A program made the position numbers and the translations under genes. Below the pieces are notes generated by a model. The model saw nothing but the letters and a program-made list of their open reading frames with translations, searched no databases and was not told the DNA's origin. A DNA stretch of 64,000 nt, from NCBI GenBank assembly GCA_965220965.1, contig OZ244852.1, positions 704,001 through 768,000 on the forward strand. Reading direction: 5' to 3'. Numbering within the stretch: position 1 is the stretch's first letter; every line of letters begins with the position of its first letter. Shown here in pieces: positions 58,632-64,000 of this stretch. The stretch is from Candidatus Marinacidobacterium sp. (GTDB taxonomy: Bacteria > Acidobacteriota > Vicinamibacteria > Marinacidobacterales > Marinacidobacteraceae).

Positions 58632-60301
58632 TGAGGCTCGGCCGCGCGGTCCTCGTCGCCGCGATGGCGCTCGCGGCGGCGGCGTCGCCCGGTGAGGAAC
58701 CGGAAATCCGCTTCACCGAAGTCGCGGAGTCCTCGGGCATCCGCTTCGTGAACATGTACGGCGGGGTGGCCAGCAAGGACTACATCCTGGAGACGACCGG
58801 GACCGGCGCCGCGTGGTTCGACTACGACGCCGACGGGGACCTGGATCTCTTCCTCGCGAACGGAACGCGGCTGGGCTACGACGAGGCGCTGAGCCTCTCG
58901 AGCGCGCTCTTCCGGAACGAGGGGGAGGGGCGCTTCCGCGAGGTCACCGGCCCCGCCGGACTCGAGTCCTACGGCTGGTCGCAGGGGGTCGCGGTGTTCG
59001 ACCACGGCGACGACGGGGACCCCGACCTGTTCGTCACCCGCTACGGACCGAACCTCTTCTTCGAGAACCTCGGGGACGGGACCTTCGTGGAGCGGGGGGC
59101 GGAACTCGGCCTCGCGGACCCCCGCTGGGGAACCGGCGCCGCGTTCGGCGACTTCGACCGCGACGGCGTCAGCGACCTGGTCGTCGTGAACTACGTCGAC
59201 TTCGAAGTGGAGACCACCCCGGGTCCGGGCGAGGCGCCCAACTGTTTCTTTCTCGGGCTCGCCGTCATGTGCGGCCCGAAGGGGCTCGACCCGCCGCCGC
59301 CGTTCCTCTACCGGGGCCTCCCGGAAGGCCGGTTCGAACCGGTCGAGGACACCGACGTGGGCGCCGACCGGTACTTCGGGCTTGGAGTCGTTCTCGGCGA
59401 TCTCGACGGCGACGGCGACCTCGACATCTACGCCGCGAACGACCAGACCCCGAACGCGCTCTTCCGAAACGAGAGCGTCCCCGGCCGGATGGCGTTCCGC
59501 GAGGTCGGACTCTCCGCCGGCGTGGCCTACAACGAGGACGGGCGGGCGCAGGCCGGGATGGGAGTGGATCTCGGCGACTACGACGGCGACGGGCTCCTCG
59601 ACATCGTGGTGACGAACTTCTCCCACGACTACAACACGCTCTACCGGGCCACCGGCGACGGCTGGTACGCCGACGAGTCCTTCGTCGCCGGCGTGGCGGA
59701 GCCGAGCTATCCCTACCTCGGGTGGGGGACCGGGTTCCGGGACCTCGACCGGGACGGGCGGCTCGACCTGGTCGTCGTGAACGGACACGTGTATCCCGAG
59801 GTGGACGGGGGAGTCACCGAGAGCGAGTACGCCCAGCGGGGCCTCGTCTTCCGGAACCTCGGCGGCGTGTTCGCCGAGGTCCCGCCGACCGCGCTGGGCG
59901 TCCCGCTCGCCGCCCGCGGCGCCGCCTTCGCCGACTACGACGACGACGGGGACGCCGACCTGCTCGTCACCGTGATGAACGACCGTCCGGCGCTCTTCCG
60001 CAACGACACGGTTTCCTCCGCCGGCTGGGCGGGGTTCCGGCTGGTGGGCCGCGAGAGCCCCCGCGACGGGACCGGGACCCGACTCGCGCTCTCGGGGGCC
60101 GACGGGCTCCCGGCGCTGCTGCGCGAGTCCCGCTCCTCCGGCAGCTACCTCGCCGCGAACGATCCCCGGGTGCGCTTCGGGCTGAGCGACCGGGAAGGTC
60201 CCTTCACCGCGCGGGTGCGCTGGACCTCCGGCTGCGAACACGAGGTCGCCGCGGTCCCGGGCGAGTACGCGCTCGTCGTCGAGCCCCGCCCCTGCAACTG
60301 A
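58631..60301 (+). CDS. CRTAC1/ASPIC-UnbV family FG-GAP repeat protein 3
   Basis: Signal peptide; DYDADGDLD, YAAND, QAGMG, NGHVYP, GSYLAAND.RVRFGL. Confidence 0.88.
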   Translation: MRLGRAVLVAAMALAAAASPGEEPEIRFTEVAESSGIRFVNMYGGVASKDYILETTGTGAAWFDYDADGDLDLFLANGTRLGYDEALSLSSALFRNEGEGRFREVTGPAGLESYGWSQGVAVFDHGDDGDPDLFVTRYGPNLFFENLGDGTFVERGAELGLADPRWGTGAAFGDFDRDGVSDLVVVNYVDFEVETTPGPGEAPNCFFLGLAVMCGPKGLDPPPPFLYRGLPEGRFEPVEDTDVGADRYFGLGVVLGDLDGDGDLDIYAANDQTPNALFRNESVPGRMAFREVGLSAGVAYNEDGRAQAGMGVDLGDYDGDGLLDIVVTNFSHDYNTLYRATGDGWYADESFVAGVAEPSYPYLGWGTGFRDLDRDGRLDLVVVNGHVYPEVDGGVTESEYAQRGLVFRNLGGVFAEVPPTALGVPLAARGAAFADYDDDGDADLLVTVMNDRPALFRNDTVSSAGWAGFRLVGRESPRDGTGTRLALSGADGLPALLRESRSSGSYLAANDPRVRFGLSDREGPFTARVRWTSGCEHEVAAVPGEYALVVEPRPCN

Positions 60302-60320
60302 ATTCTCCGGGGGACAACGC

Positions 60321-61427
60321 TCACCGCGGTTCGTCGAAGGACACGGTCTTCAGGAGGGCGTAGACCGCCCGGCCAGGACCGAGGCCGAGTTCCGTTGCGG
60401 CGGCGCGGGTGATCCGGGCGCGCAGAAGCGCCGGGGAACCTGCGGGACCGACATCCACCAGGACTTCGACGAAGGGCGTCCCGACCTCCTCGCGAACCTC
60501 CCGGACCTCGCCGGCGAGCACGTTCCGGATGCTGATGTGGCGGGGCCGCTCGGTGGCGATCGCCACGTCGCGGGAGCGGACGCGCAGCCGGACCTCGGCG
60601 CCCGCCGGGCGGTCGAGGCCGGGGACGCGCATCGCCTGGCCGTGGAGTTCGAGTTCGGTGAGCCCGTCCGCCGCCGGACGGGCCGCGACCCGCGCGGTGA
60701 GCACGGCGCCCGCTTCGAGCCAGGACACGCGGTCCCCGTGCCCCATCGCGGCGAGGACATCGCCGGCGGGGGCCGCTTCCGCGACCCGGCCGTCGGCGAT
60801 GAGCGCGATCCGGTGCGCCACCCGGATGACCTCGTCCAGGTCGTGGCTGACCTGGAGCACGACGAGGCCCAGGTCTTCGGCGAGCGAGCGGAGCCAGGCG
60901 AGGATCCCGCTCCGCGCGCTCCAGTGGACGCCGGAGAGCGGCTCGTCGAGGAGGAGGATCCGGGGGTTCGCGAGGATCGCGCGCGCCAGCGCGGCGCGCT
61001 GGAGCTCGCCGCCCGAAAGCCCGGCGGGGGCGCGGTCCAGAAGCGAACCGAGCCCGAGGCGCTCCACGGTCTCGTCGAAGGCGGGCGCTCCCGGGGGAGG
61101 GGCGGGCGCCCGCCGCCGCCCGTAGTCGAGGTTGTGGCGCACCGAGAGATGGGGGAAGAGGGCTGGCTCCTGGAAGCAGAACCCCGCGCCCCTCCGGTGC
61201 GGCGCGACAAAGACCCGGCGCGCGTCGTCCTGCCAGACCTCTCCACGCACCTCGAGCCGCCCCTGGAGCCGGGTGAGCCCGGCGAGCGCCCGGAGCAGCG
61301 TCGTCTTGCCCGCCCCGGACGGCCCGAACACCGAGGTCACCCGGCCGGGCGGCGCCTCGAAGCGGGCCTCCACCCGGAAAGCGCCGACCGCGCCGGTGAG
61401 TTCAGCGCGAAGTCCCGCCGCGGTCAT
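60321..61427 (-). CDS. modC: Molybdate ABC transporter ATP-binding protein
   Basis: [21 protein letters not shown]-terminal TOBE ([12 protein letters not shown]); ATG overlaps the modB stop. Confidence 0.92.
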   Translation of the reverse strand: MTAAGLRAELTGAVGAFRVEARFEAPPGRVTSVFGPSGAGKTTLLRALAGLTRLQGRLEVRGEVWQDDARRVFVAPHRRGAGFCFQEPALFPHLSVRHNLDYGRRRAPAPPPGAPAFDETVERLGLGSLLDRAPAGLSGGELQRAALARAILANPRILLLDEPLSGVHWSARSGILAWLRSLAEDLGLVVLQVSHDLDEVIRVAHRIALIADGRVAEAAPAGDVLAAMGHGDRVSWLEAGAVLTARVAARPAADGLTELELHGQAMRVPGLDRPAGAEVRLRVRSRDVAIATERPRHISIRNVLAGEVREVREEVGTPFVEVLVDVGPAGSPALLRARITRAAATELGLGPGRAVYALLKTVSFDEPR

Positions 61428-62104
61428 CGGAACCGGGCCTCGCGCTGGCGCTGGAGACGGAGGGTCAGCGCCACGACCGCGAACGAGAACACCAGCAGGC
61501 CGCCGGACAGCAGGTGGGCCGTCCCCCACTCGAGCAGCTCCACGTGGTCGTAGATCGCGATCGAGAGCACCCGGGTCGCCCCCGGGATGTTCCCGCCGAT
61601 CATCAGGATCACGCCGAACTCGCCGACGGTGTGCGCGAAACCGAGCACCGCGCCGGCGACCAGCCCCGACCGGGCCCCCGGCGCCGCCACGCTCCAGAAG
61701 GCGTCCCAGGGGGAGGCGCGGAGCGTGGCGGCCGCCTCCAGCGGACGGCGTCCGACCGCCTCGAACGCGCTGCGGATCGGCTGGACGGCGAACGGAAGCG
61801 AGTAGACCACCGAGCCGATGACGAGGCCCGGGAAGGAGAACGCGAGCGAGCGGTCCCCGAACAGGCGGGCGACGAAGCCGCCCGGTCCGTCAGGGCCCAG
61901 CGCGATCAGGAGGTAGAAGCCGAGGACCGTCGGAGGGAGGACGAGCGGAAGCGCCACCAGCGCCGCGACCGGCTCCCGGAGCCGGGAGCGGGTGCGCGCC
62001 AGCCACCAGGCGATCGGGGTCCCGAGCAGCAGCAGGAAGACGGTCGTGACTCCGGCCAGCTCCAGCGTGAGCCGGATCGGCGGCCAGATCGCCTCGAGGT
62101 TCAA
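61424..62104 (-). CDS. modB: Molybdate ABC transporter permease
   Basis: [38 protein letters not shown]. Confidence 0.94.
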   Translation of the reverse strand: MNLEAIWPPIRLTLELAGVTTVFLLLLGTPIAWWLARTRSRLREPVAALVALPLVLPPTVLGFYLLIALGPDGPGGFVARLFGDRSLAFSFPGLVIGSVVYSLPFAVQPIRSAFEAVGRRPLEAAATLRASPWDAFWSVAAPGARSGLVAGAVLGFAHTVGEFGVILMIGGNIPGATRVLSIAIYDHVELLEWGTAHLLSGGLLVFSFAVVALTLRLQRQREARFR

Positions 62105-62111
62105 GGACGCC

Positions 62112-62906
62112 CTATTCGACCCGGTACCCGCGTCGCTCGAGCAGCTCCCGGACGGCGCCGCCGCCGAGGAACTCCAGGAAGGCGGCGGGCTCCGGCCGTC
62201 CGCGCCCCCTCTCGAGGAGCACCGCCTGCTGGCGAATCGGGGCGTGGAGATCTTCCGGCGCGATCCAGGTGGATCCCTCCCGCCCCATCACCTGGGATTG
62301 GGCCACGAACCCCAGCTCCGCGTTGCCGGTGACGACGAACTGAAGCGCCTGGGACACGTTCGTCCCGAACACCTGCCGCTTCCGGAGCTCGGCCTCGAGC
62401 CCGAGCTTCCGCGCGACCTCGAGCGCGGCCCGGCCATACGGAGCCGTGCGCGGGTTCGCGAGCGCGACGCGCCGCACCGAGGGGTCCCGCAGGGACTCCG
62501 GCGACAGCTCGCGTCCCGGCTCCGGGCTATGGAGGACCAGCCGTCCCACCGCGTAGGTGCGGCGACTGCCGGGGACCGCGAGCCCCTCCCGTTCCGCCCG
62601 CTCCGGGCGCTCCTCGTCGGCGGCGAGGAAGACCTCGAACGGCGCCCCCTGGACGATCTGGGCGTAAAGCTGGCCGGTGGAGCCGGAGCTGAGCGTCGCT
62701 TCGCAGCCGGTCTCCCGTTCGAAGGCGGCCGCGACCTCGCGCGCCGTCTCCAGGAAGTTGGAGGCCACGGCGACCCGCACTGGCTCGCAGTCCCGGTCCC
62801 CGGCGTTTGCGGGGAGGGCCGGGAGCAGAAGAAGGACGACCGCGGAGAGACGGCGAAGACCGGAGGCCGCCCGGTTCGGGACCCGGCGACTCCCGGCCGC
62901 GATCAC
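62112..62906 (-). CDS. modA: Molybdate ABC transporter substrate-binding protein
   Basis: [44 protein letters not shown]; GTG overlaps the upstream stop. Confidence 0.92.
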   Translation of the reverse strand: MIAAGSRRVPNRAASGLRRLSAVVLLLLPALPANAGDRDCEPVRVAVASNFLETAREVAAAFERETGCEATLSSGSTGQLYAQIVQGAPFEVFLAADEERPERAEREGLAVPGSRRTYAVGRLVLHSPEPGRELSPESLRDPSVRRVALANPRTAPYGRAALEVARKLGLEAELRKRQVFGTNVSQALQFVVTGNAELGFVAQSQVMGREGSTWIAPEDLHAPIRQQAVLLERGRGRPEPAAFLEFLGGGAVRELLERRGYRVE

Positions 62907-64000
62907 TCCGGCCGGGTCGCCGTCATCATGATTTCGACCTTGATGCCGGCGCCCATGAGCTGCGTCTCGACGGTTGCGCGGGCCGGCGGCGTCCCGCCGA
63001 CCATCTCGCGGTACGCCGCGTTCATGGCGTCGTAGTCGCGGATGTCCTCGAGGAAGACCACCGCATCGTCCACATCGGCGAAGGTCAGGCCGGCGGCGTC
63101 GAGCGCTTCCTGGAGCCGCAGGAGCACGGCGCGCGTCTGCTCGCCCGGATCCTCGCTGCGCGGCGAGGGGGGCACCATGCCGGAGAGGTAGAGCCGGTCG
63201 CCGGCCCAGATGCCGGGCGAGAGCGGGCTGCCCGAGCGGGGGCCGCCGGGAGAAAGCACCGACCGCTCCGCGCGGCTCGCCACGCACTGGACCTCGGCGG
63301 TGAAGAGCGGGTTCACCAGGCGGGCCTCGACGGTGGCGCGGCTCGGCGGATCCTCGGGGAAGAACTCCCGGTAGGCCCCGTTCATCGCCTGGAACTGGCG
63401 CGGGTCGTCGAGGAACACCCGGCAGTTCGCCACCTGGGAGTAATCCATCCCGGCGGCCTCCAGGACGAGCCCGATGTTCCCCATGATGCGCTCCATCTGC
63501 TCCGGCACGCCGCCCGCGACCGGCTGGAAGGTGTCGGGATCGCGCGCGGTGGCGCCGGCGATGAAGAGCGTGTCGCCCGCCATGACGCCCCACGAATACG
63601 GCAGTTCCGGACTCTGCATGGTCTCGGGAACGATGATCCGCCGCTCGACGCCCTCGTTGACCGCGACCATCGAGATCTCGACGAGCGCGCCGGGGACCGC
63701 GATGCCGGCTTCGACGGTGGCCCGGGTCGGCGGATCCACCGGGAAGTACTCCCGGTAGACCTCGTTCATCCCGGAGAAGTAGCGGGAGTCCGAGAGATAG
63801 ACGTTCACCGCGGCCACCCGCGAGAGATCGAGGCCGATGCTTTCGAGCGTGGCCTGGAGGTGGTCCAGCGTCTGCCGGGTCTGCGCTTCGATCCCGCCGG
63901 GCACGATCTCCAGCGTGCCCGGCACGTTCCCGAGCGCGCCGGCGAGATACACCAGATCCTCGGTCTCGCGGTACTCGGAGAACGGCAGGCCCAGCTCGTT
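62903..64000 (-). CDS. RidA/YjgF family protein with three tandem domains (5' end outside window)
   Basis: Three repeats, each with Y/F-L/I-A/S-G, MN..Y, and PPTRATV/PPSRATV/PPARATV. Confidence 0.88.
   Translation of the reverse strand, partial: NELGLPFSEYRETEDLVYLAGALGNVPGTLEIVPGGIEAQTRQTLDHLQATLESIGLDLSRVAAVNVYLSDSRYFSGMNEVYREYFPVDPPTRATVEAGIAVPGALVEISMVAVNEGVERRIIVPETMQSPELPYSWGVMAGDTLFIAGATARDPDTFQPVAGGVPEQMERIMGNIGLVLEAAGMDYSQVANCRVFLDDPRQFQAMNGAYREFFPEDPPSRATVEARLVNPLFTAEVQCVASRAERSVLSPGGPRSGSPLSPGIWAGDRLYLSGMVPPSPRSEDPGEQTRAVLLRLQEALDAAGLTFADVDDAVVFLEDIRDYDAMNAAYREMVGGTPPARATVETQLMGAGIKVEIMMTATRPE

Noticed and set aside
41343-60301. Enediyne biosynthetic cluster implied by UnbV-like genes
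   Set aside because: No polyketide synthase, thioesterase or other enediyne core genes are in the window.

Overview
Very GC-rich, densely coding bacterial DNA. The gene families present (GWxTD protein, three ASPIC/UnbV-CRTAC1-like proteins, DUF2911, a TonB-dependent receptor with an N-terminal carboxypeptidase-regulatory-like domain, Tat-exported aminotransferases) suggest Acidobacteriota or a similar diderm lineage; this is an inference. The left half is mostly housekeeping: suhB, degP, tRNA-Val(GAC)-thrS-infC-rpmI-rplT-zapB-like-zapA-thiL, gatCA, an agmatine deiminase cluster, rfbB, ilvBNC and rpmB. The right half is dominated by secreted/periplasmic proteins, modABC and a triple-domain RidA. 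I found no CRISPR array, IS element or rRNA. The most striking signal is missed by the ORF track: two tandem rhodanese genes (28113-28469 and 28469-28912) each carry an in-frame TGA exactly at the catalytic Cys position. Each TGA is followed by a hairpin whose loop starts 22 nt downstream, so both are probable selenoproteins, one cytoplasmic and one a predicted lipoprotein. Other notable items: an ATA start with an SD-hiding hairpin in infC, probable CTG starts by translational coupling, a LigD with a degenerate ligase domain, a CxxCH motif in a Tat-exported FMN hydroxy-acid oxidase, a TonB-DUF1326-like fusion, two toxin-antitoxin relics, and a PilB ORF that reads 1.2 kb antisense through a neighbouring gene. 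All family assignments come from motif recognition by eye, not database searches.
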